Positions 56,153 through 64,000 of a stretch of 64,000 nt of DNA are shown piece by piece. The notes below the pieces were generated by a model that saw only the letters and a list, made by a program, of their open reading frames with translations, did not search any database and was not told where the DNA came from. Numbering within the stretch: the first letter of the stretch is position 1; every line of letters starts with the position of its first letter. The translations under genes and the position numbers were made by a program. Source of the stretch: an uncultured Bacteroidota bacterium (GTDB taxonomy: Bacteria > Bacteroidota > Bacteroidia > Flavobacteriales > Flavobacteriaceae); the NCBI GenBank assembly GCA_902605445.1, contig CACLCL010000003.1, forward strand, positions 1,192 through 65,191, given 5' to 3'.

Positions 56153-58075
56153 ATGAAAAGAATTTTAACAATTTTAATACTAACATTAGTAAGTGTTTCT
56201 TCAATCAAAGCACAGAATAGTAATACAAAAAAAGCAGATAGACTTTACGATAAATTTAAATTTGTAAAAGCATCCCAGGAATATTTAAAATTAGTTAAAG
56301 ATTTCCCAGAAGACACTTATATAATAAAAAGACTAGCTGATACATATTATAATATTTTTGATACTGTAAATGCTGAAAAATGGTATGAAAAGCTACTGAA
56401 TGAAAATGATAGTGAAGTCATATATAGATACTCACAAATGTTAATTGCAAATAAAAAGTACGATGAAGCATATAAGTGGATGTCAAAATTTGTTGAGCTT
56501 GAACCTAATGATTCTAGGTCAATAGCATTTAAAAAAGCGCCAAAATATATTGATAAAATAAAAAATTTAGGTAAAAATTATGAGCCGTTAGATATACAGC
56601 ATGGTTTTGGCAACGCTTTTGGCGTAACAATTTTTAATGATAGAATTTATTTCTTATCAACTGAGGAACCTGGATTTTTAGAAAGAAAATATTCAAGAAA
56701 CAACGATGGCTATTTAGACATCTACTCAAAGGGTATTAAAAGTATTGAACAAAAGATAGGAAATACAACTTATACTATCCCTGAAATTAAGCAAGATGAA
56801 GAAAGGGTTCTTTTAGATGAATTTAACACCAAATTTCATGAAGGAATTATTTCTTTTTCAAATGATGGTAATATAGCATATTTTACCAGGGAAAGTTTCT
56901 TTGAAAAAGAATATGACGAGTCAAATGAAAATAAGATTAAATATAGCCAGCTGTATATATATAGGGCAAAAAAAATTAATGATAAATGGGCAGAATTTGA
57001 GTCTTTAAGTATAAACGATAATAATTACTCTAATAAAAATGCACGTTTAGACAGTAGTGGGAAATTTTTATATTTCTCGTCAAATAGACCTGGGGGATTT
57101 GGGCAGTATGATATTTACAGAATTGAAATTTTTGATGATGGCTCAGTTGGTGCACCTGAAAATCTTGGTTCAAAAATAAATACAGAGGGACAGGAAGCAT
57201 TCCCTTACTTTTCAAATAACGAATTACATTTCTCATCAGATGGGCATTTGGGTAAAGGAGGTTTGGATATATTTTATTCTGAGGAAATTGATGGAAAATG
57301 GACAACCGTTAAAAATAAAGGTGATATAGTTAATACTGCAGTAGATGATTTTGCTTATGTTCCATACGAAGATGGGTTCTTTGTTTCACAATTCAATAAA
57401 AATACCAATAGTGACAATACTATTTTTATTATTCAAACCTGTGATGATATACTTCTGGAGACTTTTGTTTTGGATGCTAAATCTAAACTACCACTAAACC
57501 TAGCAAGTACAACTATAAAAGATGAGGTTGGGTCTATTGATGTGACTAAAAATACAAATTCAGATGGATTATCTAAATATATGTTAGCATGTGATAATGG
57601 GGAATTACAAATCATAGCAAGTAAAACTGGTTATGAAAGTAAAATAGTACCTATAAAAATATCAGATGTTGATATGTCTGTTAAAATAGAACTAAACCCA
57701 ATTGAAGAATTAATAGTTGATGAAAAAGTAATTTTAAATCCTATTTATTTTGATTTTGATAAATTTAATATTACTAATAAGGCTGCATTTGAGCTAGATA
57801 AATTAGTTGTTATAATGAAAAAATATTCTGAGATGATAATAAAAGTTGAATCTCACACAGACAGTAGAGGTTCCTCATCATATAACAAAACATTATCCGA
57901 AAAAAGAGCTCTTACGACAGTTGAGTACCTTATTTCAAAAGGAATTGATGAAAGTAGGGTTTCAGGAAAAGGAATGGGTGAAGATTCTCCAAAAATAAGC
58001 TGCAAAAACAGATGTTCTGAAGACGATCATTCAGAAAATAGAAGATCTGAATTTATTATTGTTTCTAGAAATTAA
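56153..58075 (+). CDS. OmpA family protein with TPR, TolB-like (PD40) repeats and a C-terminal OmpA peptidoglycan-binding domain
   Basis: N-terminal TPR-like region (YDKFKFVKASQEYLKL...AEKWYEKLL). PD40-like repeats (FSNDGNIAYFT, SSGKFLYFSSNRPGGFGQYDIY). The OmpA_C motif is NPIYFDFDKFNIT...VESHTDSRGSSSYNKTLSEKRA... Confidence 0.85.
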   Translation: MKRILTILILTLVSVSSIKAQNSNTKKADRLYDKFKFVKASQEYLKLVKDFPEDTYIIKRLADTYYNIFDTVNAEKWYEKLLNENDSEVIYRYSQMLIANKKYDEAYKWMSKFVELEPNDSRSIAFKKAPKYIDKIKNLGKNYEPLDIQHGFGNAFGVTIFNDRIYFLSTEEPGFLERKYSRNNDGYLDIYSKGIKSIEQKIGNTTYTIPEIKQDEERVLLDEFNTKFHEGIISFSNDGNIAYFTRESFFEKEYDESNENKIKYSQLYIYRAKKINDKWAEFESLSINDNNYSNKNARLDSSGKFLYFSSNRPGGFGQYDIYRIEIFDDGSVGAPENLGSKINTEGQEAFPYFSNNELHFSSDGHLGKGGLDIFYSEEIDGKWTTVKNKGDIVNTAVDDFAYVPYEDGFFVSQFNKNTNSDNTIFIIQTCDDILLETFVLDAKSKLPLNLASTTIKDEVGSIDVTKNTNSDGLSKYMLACDNGELQIIASKTGYESKIVPIKISDVDMSVKIELNPIEELIVDEKVILNPIYFDFDKFNITNKAAFELDKLVVIMKKYSEMIIKVESHTDSRGSSSYNKTLSEKRALTTVEYLISKGIDESRVSGKGMGEDSPKISCKNRCSEDDHSENRRSEFIIVSRN

Positions 58076-58487
58076 ATATGATTTCCTGGACAAGCTCATT
58101 GCTCAAACTTTTAGCTACTGGACATCCCTTGGCAACTTCAACTAATCTCTGTTTTTGAATTTCAGATAAATTATTGCTGTCAAAATTAACCTCAACTTTA
58201 ATTTTTGATATTCTCCTTGGGTTAGATGACATGAATTTAGTTATGAGTGCTTTAGATTTTGGTAGAACAAATTTATTTTTTTTTGCATAAATACCCATGA
58301 CAGTTGTCATACAGCTACATAATGATGAAGCTACTAAGTCAGTTGGTGAAAAAGCTTCTCCCTTTCCATTATTATCTAAGGGCGCATCAGTAATTATAAT
58401 CTTTGTAGATTTTAAGTGAATAGATTCTGTTCTTAACTCACCTACATATTTATTTTCAATAGAATGTGAACTCACTAATTTATTCAC
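58065..58487 (-). CDS. OsmC/Ohr family protein
   Basis: 140 aa with the OsmC-like pattern ...FSPTDLVASSLCSCM...GCPVAKSL. Confidence 0.8.
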   Translation of the reverse strand: MNKLVSSHSIENKYVGELRTESIHLKSTKIIITDAPLDNNGKGEAFSPTDLVASSLCSCMTTVMGIYAKKNKFVLPKSKALITKFMSSNPRRISKIKVEVNFDSNNLSEIQKQRLVEVAKGCPVAKSLSNELVQEIIFNF

Positions 58488-59835
58488 CAGCTACTAAAAC
58501 ATTATCAATTTCATAGGTTGCTGATGCAGATGCTGTAGAAGTATATTTAAAAGCAATGTAAACATTACCACCAGCATAGGAACTCAAGTCAACATTTCCA
58601 GAATCTGTCCAAGATGACCAGCTAGAGCTATCAGTATCTAGATTAGCTGTAAGCAGGCTCCAGCTACCATCACTGTTCGGATCACCACCAGAGTAATCAG
58701 CTGAGGCATAAACTTCTAAAGCTGGCCCATTGTATCTAACAACACTTTGAAATGTTAAATTGGCTGTTGATAATGAACTTAAATCTATTTGATTTGTAAC
58801 CAACCAATCTTCGTTTACATTACTACCTCCGCTGAAACCAGACATTTTTGCGCTTGGGGCTGGATTACCATAAGGAGTTGTTTCCCACTCTTGGTCACCT
58901 TCAACACTATATGTTGTCCAGTTATTTAAGTTATTAGATGAGAAATCATCTGCAAATAGTGGATCACATCGTGGGTTATCAAAATTTACATCCTCCTTAG
59001 AATTTAACATCATCACTCTATTATCTCCAAAATAGTCTCTAGTTATAATTCCTGAAATAGAACCACTGCTATTTGTTGGTAATAAACTGTCATTAAAATT
59101 TGAGAAAGCACTTGTCTCTAATTTAAGTGTCCCAGAGTCTACACAACTTTCAATATCCCTTTGAGTATCATAGTCTTCATCTGGATCAACATATGTTAAA
59201 CCGTCTAGACCTGGACTAAATTGAGCACTTAACGCACTGACAAATATACCAATATGGGAATCATTTATATCAGATAAATTTAATGGTAGTGGCACTAAAG
59301 TAAAGCTATTACTCGACCTTAAAATTATAGTTGATGCTACATTTTCCGAAATTTCTGAAATTTCATCTCCAAATTGATTTGAACCTCCACCTATAGCAAT
59401 AACTCCGTCCCCAGAATTTGTTTCTCCAATAAAAAGACCCTGTAGTTTGATATATACTTCTCTGCCTAAATTGAATTGATTGTAGCTATCTACTTGATTT
59501 ATAGAAATCTTAATTCCAGATGTAGGATTCTCAACTTCATCCTGCATATAAAACTCTTTATAAAAATTGCCAGTAAAGTCTGACGAAGATACATAACCTT
59601 TCACAACTAAATTTGACTGAATTTCATTTACCTCACCATTTACAAATAGATTTTTTAAATCAGAAATTGAAATTAAATCTGCGTTACCGTTTTCAATATC
59701 GGTAAGTAAAATATTTAGGTTTTGATTTTCTTCTAATCCAAGGCTTTGAGGAATTGAATAATCATCATCTTGAACACAAGAGATAGTGAAAAATAAAATG
59801 CTAGTAATTAAAGATATTTTGTGTATTATTTTCAT
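58480..59835 (-). CDS. Surface lipoprotein with a DUF5689-like (OB-fold-like) N-terminal part and a choice-of-anchor-J/MAM-like C-terminal domain
   Basis: Lipobox FTISC. VVKGYVSSSDFTGNFYKEFYMQDEVENPTSGIKISI...FNLGREVYIKLQGL is DUF5689-like. ...NWTTYSVEGDQEWE...NEDWLVTNQIDLS...LEVYAS is choice-of-anchor-J-like. It lies directly downstream of a TBDR. Confidence 0.55.
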   Translation of the reverse strand: MKIIHKISLITSILFFTISCVQDDDYSIPQSLGLEENQNLNILLTDIENGNADLISISDLKNLFVNGEVNEIQSNLVVKGYVSSSDFTGNFYKEFYMQDEVENPTSGIKISINQVDSYNQFNLGREVYIKLQGLFIGETNSGDGVIAIGGGSNQFGDEISEISENVASTIILRSSNSFTLVPLPLNLSDINDSHIGIFVSALSAQFSPGLDGLTYVDPDEDYDTQRDIESCVDSGTLKLETSAFSNFNDSLLPTNSSGSISGIITRDYFGDNRVMMLNSKEDVNFDNPRCDPLFADDFSSNNLNNWTTYSVEGDQEWETTPYGNPAPSAKMSGFSGGSNVNEDWLVTNQIDLSSLSTANLTFQSVVRYNGPALEVYASADYSGGDPNSDGSWSLLTANLDTDSSSWSSWTDSGNVDLSSYAGGNVYIAFKYTSTASASATYEIDNVLVAGE

Positions 59836-59845
59836 ATTATAAATT

Positions 59846-62407
59846 TTAAAATCTAAAGTATAAGTTTAAGAAGTAATTTGTACCCCTACCATACCAGTAT
59901 TTGGGGCCAAAAACTCTTTTAGGTTTATTTACGTCCTGTAGTAATTCTTGGTAATTTGCATTTCTTCCTTGCTCGAATCCTCCAGTTCTGTATTTTTGAT
60001 TTAAGATATTATTAATGCTTGCAAAAAAACCAACATAATAATTATCAATTCTCCATGACTTACCACCAATCATATTCATAACCATGTAGTCATCAAACTT
60101 TTCTTGTCTCAGTAAATCCTGAGCAATATTTAAATTATAATCATTGAAAGGTAAACCATCTTGCGCTAAATAAAAGTTTTGAGTCCTAGTTAATGGACTT
60201 ATGTCAATATATGTATTTGTAAAAAAATTGGAAGTTACACCAAGAAACCAATAATTAGGATCTCTGTATTCAAATCCAATAGAATATGCTCTTTGTGGTC
60301 CGCCTGCAACCTTATAATTCTTTAAATTAGACTGACCTACAGCAACAGTATAACTATCAGCACCCAAGTATAGATAGGGATTATTATCATAGGTATATTG
60401 TCCAATTGAAGACGCAGCCTTAATTTTTACAGATGGTATAATTTGGGCTTCTACTCCAAATTCTAACCCAAAATATTTTTTATCAATACCCTGTAAAATT
60501 TCTTGTACAAATTCACTGTCCTCAGCAAAACCTACCAGGCCATCAGCATAATAAAATGATATTTCATTAGCGTCTTTAACCTCGGAATAAAATCCGGTAA
60601 TTCTTCCAGTAAATACAGGTGTTCTAAAAATATAATTTGCATCAAATGACATAATTTTTTCTTCAGTAATTGGTGTATTATTAATTAAACCATTTGCATC
60701 TGAACCAACAATATTATGATTTACCCTTGAGTTAGTAAAAGTATTTCTGATAGATGGTGCTTTTTGTAAATAAGCTGAGTTAAAATCAATTATATGTTTT
60801 CCAGAAAATTTATATGTTAATCCTGTTTTAACTCCAAAGCCATCAAATGAAACTTCATTTCCTTTACCTGCTGAATTACCAATATTAGCCTCATTTTCAA
60901 AGACACCATCTCTTTGATAGATAGTATTCGTTAAATTACCTGCTAAATAAAAATCAAGTTTATTATAAGAAAAATCGATCATTGAAAAAAGGCTTGTTTC
61001 CTGAACATTCATCTTATAATGGTACTTAAATTTATCTCCCAATGAAACTATGCTGTTAGGAGATAATAAGTTATAATCTAGATTATCAAAGGAGTCAATA
61101 TTAGTGTAAGATGAACCACCCAACATATCCGAAATTTCAGCAAAATTTTCAGAAACTAAGTTTACATGATTAATCGAAGTACTTATTTTAATATTTTCAC
61201 TAATCTCATTAGTATAAGTAGAATTTATAGTTAGTTGCTTGTCATCAACTCTATCTTCATATAGAACATATGCTGCATTTAAGTTTGCAAGACTATTTGT
61301 GTTATTTGCATCATAAATTCTATTCCAATTAATTTGTCCATCACCAACAAAATTTTCTTGTGCAATATATGCTCCCTCATAGTCGGGACCGTTAGAGTCA
61401 GCTAGATAGTAACTGGGTAAATCTTGATAATAGGCTGGGCTTGGATTTGAACCTCCAGCATAATCTAACCTGCTATTTCCCATCTCACCGAATTGAAAAC
61501 CAAAACTAGTTTCTAAGCTTGAGGAATCGTTAATTATCCAATCATGGTTAAGAATCAATATTGGTTCAACAACTCTTTTAACTCTAGAGTTCCTCTTTTC
61601 TCCATCCTGCCATCCCCAATATTCATTGTATTTGATCCCTTTTAGGTCGTAAACTTCTTGCGTGTTTGGAGATACTTTTCCTCGTCTATTTGGCGCATAT
61701 ATAGCAGCAAAATTTAAACTGTGTTTATCATTGAAGGATTTATGAACAGAAAGAAAGGCAGAATTTGAATCATAAAATGAAGCGTCTTGATATCCTTCAT
61801 TCCCCCATCTTCTTCCAAAAGAAATTGAATATGCCCAACCTTTTTCTAGCATTCCTGAATTATAGCTTGCCATTAATCTATTAGAGTAACTTCTGTTAGA
61901 AGATGAATATGTGATTCTTCCACCCTCGCCATATTGTGATGCTCTTACATTAATATTGTTAGAACCTAAAACGCCCCCAAAGTTATATTTCAATGGAATA
62001 GAACCATTAGATAATTCTTGATTTCTAAGTACATCATTCAATCCTCCCCAGTTGCTCCATTGGGGTCTACCATTGTAAAGTTTATTCATCTTTATGCCAT
62101 TTATTTGAACAGTAGCATTATCGGAATCTAGACCTCTAACCTTAAAAAAAGAGGAGCCAAACTCATATGCGGCGGTTCTGTAAAAAATATCCATTGAAGA
62201 ATTAAGCAGACCAGAAATATTATCTGAAGCGTATGTATCGTCATTCAACTCATCATCACTTAGTGAAATACTAAATAAATCAACTACTTCATTTGTACTT
62301 GATAAATCTTGTAAAGAATCATTGGATACATCATTTACATCGGACTGTGAAAAAGCATTAGAACAAGTAAACAGAAATAATAAAAAAAATAAGTTTTTGC
62401 TTTGCAT
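59846..62407 (-). CDS. TonB-dependent receptor family outer-membrane protein
   Basis: Signal peptide, a plug-like segment (FFKVRGLDSDNATVQINGIKMN) and a long barrel ending ...YFLNLYFRF. Confidence 0.8.
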   Translation of the reverse strand: MQSKNLFFLLFLFTCSNAFSQSDVNDVSNDSLQDLSSTNEVVDLFSISLSDDELNDDTYASDNISGLLNSSMDIFYRTAAYEFGSSFFKVRGLDSDNATVQINGIKMNKLYNGRPQWSNWGGLNDVLRNQELSNGSIPLKYNFGGVLGSNNINVRASQYGEGGRITYSSSNRSYSNRLMASYNSGMLEKGWAYSISFGRRWGNEGYQDASFYDSNSAFLSVHKSFNDKHSLNFAAIYAPNRRGKVSPNTQEVYDLKGIKYNEYWGWQDGEKRNSRVKRVVEPILILNHDWIINDSSSLETSFGFQFGEMGNSRLDYAGGSNPSPAYYQDLPSYYLADSNGPDYEGAYIAQENFVGDGQINWNRIYDANNTNSLANLNAAYVLYEDRVDDKQLTINSTYTNEISENIKISTSINHVNLVSENFAEISDMLGGSSYTNIDSFDNLDYNLLSPNSIVSLGDKFKYHYKMNVQETSLFSMIDFSYNKLDFYLAGNLTNTIYQRDGVFENEANIGNSAGKGNEVSFDGFGVKTGLTYKFSGKHIIDFNSAYLQKAPSIRNTFTNSRVNHNIVGSDANGLINNTPITEEKIMSFDANYIFRTPVFTGRITGFYSEVKDANEISFYYADGLVGFAEDSEFVQEILQGIDKKYFGLEFGVEAQIIPSVKIKAASSIGQYTYDNNPYLYLGADSYTVAVGQSNLKNYKVAGGPQRAYSIGFEYRDPNYWFLGVTSNFFTNTYIDISPLTRTQNFYLAQDGLPFNDYNLNIAQDLLRQEKFDDYMVMNMIGGKSWRIDNYYVGFFASINNILNQKYRTGGFEQGRNANYQELLQDVNKPKRVFGPKYWYGRGTNYFLNLYFRF

Positions 62408-62492
62408 GTATACAAATATTTTTAACTATTATAATAATGAGTTAAATTTACGTTTTATATTATAATTTAAAGACCAATTTATAAATACTTTT

Positions 62493-63539
62493 ATGAAAAA
62501 AACTTTATCAATTTATATTTTTACTTACTTACTTTTAACCAACCTTTCATTTTCTCAGCAAAACGAAAGAAAATTCAATATTCATACAATTGCATTTTAC
62601 AATTTAGAAAATCTTTTTGATACAATTAACGATATTAATAAAGATGACGAGAAAAGTCCTATCATGGAAATTAAGTATAATAGAGGGGAGATCTATAAGA
62701 AAAAACTGGCCAATATGTCAAAGGTGATTTCTGAAATCGGAACTGATTTTAATAAAAGACCTCCATCAATTATTGGAATTTGTGAAATTGAAAATAGAGG
62801 TGTTGTTGAAGACTTGATTTCACACGAAAACCTATCAAATCATAACTATAGTTTCGTTCACTATGATTCACCAGATAGAAGAGGTATTGATGTTGCTCTA
62901 ATATACAATACTAATATTTTTGAGGTTTTAAACTCTAAATCACATGAACTTTACATTACATATAATAATACAAGTGAAAGAAGTTATACTAGGGATCAAT
63001 TAGTTATTTCTGGAAAACTTGATGGTGAATTGTTGCATATAATTGTTAATCACTGGCCATCTAGGGGTGCTGATGAAACAAAAAGAATCGCTGCAGCAAA
63101 AGTAAATAAATCAATAATTGACTCATTAAGGGAAATTTATAAAAACCCCAAGATTATTACAATGGGAGATTTTAATGATGACCCTTTTGATAAAAGTATC
63201 AAACAAGTTATAGGCGCAAAAAAGTATATCAAGGATGTAAGAAAAGATGACATGTATAATCCATTTGAGAAAATTTTAGTAGATGACGGGATTGGAACTA
63301 ATGCTTACAGAGACAAGTGGCAGCTATTTGATCAAATAATTTTATCAAAACCCTTTCTTAAAAAAGATTACAAAGACTATCAACTATATAAAGCAGGGAT
63401 TTTTAACAAATCATACTTAATCAATACGAAAGGGAAATATAGGGGATATCCGTTTAGAAGTTTTTCATTTGGCAGATTCACTGGTGGATACAGTGACCAC
63501 CTACCTCCCTACATTTTTCTTATAAAAGAAATTAAATAA
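62493..63539 (+). CDS. Secreted endonuclease/exonuclease/phosphatase (EEP) family protein
   Basis: Signal peptide. The EEP pattern is FYNLENLFD, ICEIEN, IVNHWPSRG, MGDFNDDP and YSDHLP. Confidence 0.8.
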   Translation: MKKTLSIYIFTYLLLTNLSFSQQNERKFNIHTIAFYNLENLFDTINDINKDDEKSPIMEIKYNRGEIYKKKLANMSKVISEIGTDFNKRPPSIIGICEIENRGVVEDLISHENLSNHNYSFVHYDSPDRRGIDVALIYNTNIFEVLNSKSHELYITYNNTSERSYTRDQLVISGKLDGELLHIIVNHWPSRGADETKRIAAAKVNKSIIDSLREIYKNPKIITMGDFNDDPFDKSIKQVIGAKKYIKDVRKDDMYNPFEKILVDDGIGTNAYRDKWQLFDQIILSKPFLKKDYKDYQLYKAGIFNKSYLINTKGKYRGYPFRSFSFGRFTGGYSDHLPPYIFLIKEIK

Positions 63540-63540
63540 A

Positions 63541-63569
63541 AAAAGCTCACATTTCTGTGAGCTTTTTTT
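63541..63569. terminator. Bidirectional rho-independent terminator between convergent genes
   Basis: Stem AGCTCACA (63544-51) pairs with TGTGAGCT (63556-63), loop TTTC. An A-run lies 5' and a T-run 3'. Confidence 0.8.
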
Positions 63570-63585
63570 ATTGCATTTAAATATT

Positions 63586-64000
63586 CTAGAATGTATATCT
63601 TAGACCAACATTCCAAGTTCTACCTAATCCAAAATATCCTTGATTGTCAGTATCAATACCATCATATAATATACCTGAACCTTCTCCAGCTGCAATAGCC
63701 GATCTTAATTCACTTATATAAATGTTATCAAATACATTATTCACATTCAATCTAACATTCAATGAGCCTGAATCTAGTAACATTTTATATGACAATCCCA
63801 TATCAAACACATGGTAGTTTGGTAATTCTAAGTTTTCTTTAACAGCACCTACATTAGCATAAAGCTCATCATAGAATCTTACATCAGTATCAAATGATAA
63901 TCTTTCTGCTAAGTCTACATCTAAACCTAACCCTGCTGTAAACTGAGCAGCATCACCGACTTTACCTCCATCAACATCAACAGTCTCAGTACTGATAACA
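63586..64000 (-). CDS. TonB-dependent receptor, C-terminal part (runs off right window edge)
   Basis: The frame stays open upstream of the ORF-track GTG at 63810 to position 64000 (...DVDGGKVGDAAQFTAGLGLDVDLAERLSFDTDVRFYDELYANVGAVKENLELPNYH-VFDMGLSY...). It ends ...GLGRTWNVGLRYTF, a typical TBDR terminal strand. Confidence 0.75.
   Translation of the reverse strand, partial: VISTETVDVDGGKVGDAAQFTAGLGLDVDLAERLSFDTDVRFYDELYANVGAVKENLELPNYHVFDMGLSYKMLLDSGSLNVRLNVNNVFDNIYISELRSAIAAGEGSGILYDGIDTDNQGYFGLGRTWNVGLRYTF

Noticed and set aside
1705-57615. About 40 short ORFs (60-110 aa) in the track lie antisense to, or out of frame within, long well-supported genes. Examples are 1705..1902, 2302..2487, 4270..4572, 6129..6380, 8767..9045, 10284..10559, 15260..15514, 16128..16397, 18463..18735, 23189..23395, 30120..30347, 35336..35608, 39700..39936, 41504..41776, 45439..45768 and 57030..57305.
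   Set aside because: Each is fully embedded in a longer ORF with clear family motifs on the other strand or frame. Their translations are low-complexity (L/F/I/S-rich) with no recognisable motifs. This is the expected product of AT-rich antisense frames.
1-64000. I looked for rRNA, tRNA, tmRNA, CRISPR arrays, IS elements or transposases, intact integrases, toxin-antitoxin pairs and known defence-system genes.
   Set aside because: Intergenic spacers are short, mostly under 160 nt. None showed a tRNA-like cloverleaf or terminal inverted repeats. No ORF has transposase, Cas, restriction-modification or other defence motifs. The only mobile-element trace is the integrase fragment at 35.9-36.2 kb.

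Overview
This 64 kb window is low in GC and densely packed with genes. It looks like a Bacteroidota/Flavobacteriia chromosome segment. The evidence for that assignment: T9SS type-A and type-B C-terminal sorting domains, PorP/SprF, GldD, a b558-type sdhCAB operon, TAnnTTTG -7 promoter boxes, and almost no Shine-Dalgarno sequences. All calls rest on reading the translated ORFs and the DNA by eye and on remembered family motifs. No searches were run.

Most of the window is housekeeping:
- ribosomal proteins L21 and L27
- an M16 peptidase pair
- gldD-ssb-mutY, HU, RNase G and xth
- glyQS, sdhCAB, pepP and thiL
- a complete sufA-BCDSE-sufT operon with an HMG-CoA synthase coupled to its end
- hflX

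The accessory content is:
1. A minus-strand uptake block at the left edge. It holds a TPP riboswitch in front of a TonB-dependent receptor. Upstream of that lies a COG0523 GTPase / TonB receptor / lipoprotein / small His-Cys-rich protein operon, and then pnuC with a nadR-like kinase.
2. Three tandem T9SS type-A cargo genes at 21.5-29.9 kb. Two are lysyl-endopeptidase-like S1 proteases. The first and third genes share a roughly 1,055 bp near-identical segment.
3. Two tandem giant T9SS type-B (CHU_C) adhesin-like genes at 48.6-55.2 kb that share a 903 bp apparently exact segment. A PorP/SprF gene and an OmpA-family gene follow them.
4. A TonB receptor + DUF5689-like lipoprotein + secreted EEP nuclease cluster at the right edge.

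The most anomalous locus lies between sdhC and sdhA. The sdhA reading frame has no ATG at the expected position. It runs in-frame from about 95-105 upstream codons that resemble the N-terminal arm DNA-binding domain of a Bacteroidetes tyrosine integrase. Four copies of TGTAACAC precede that segment.

I saw no rRNA, tRNA, CRISPR array, intact transposase or intact integrase. I cannot point to a clearly new multi-gene system. The findings are ranked with that in mind.
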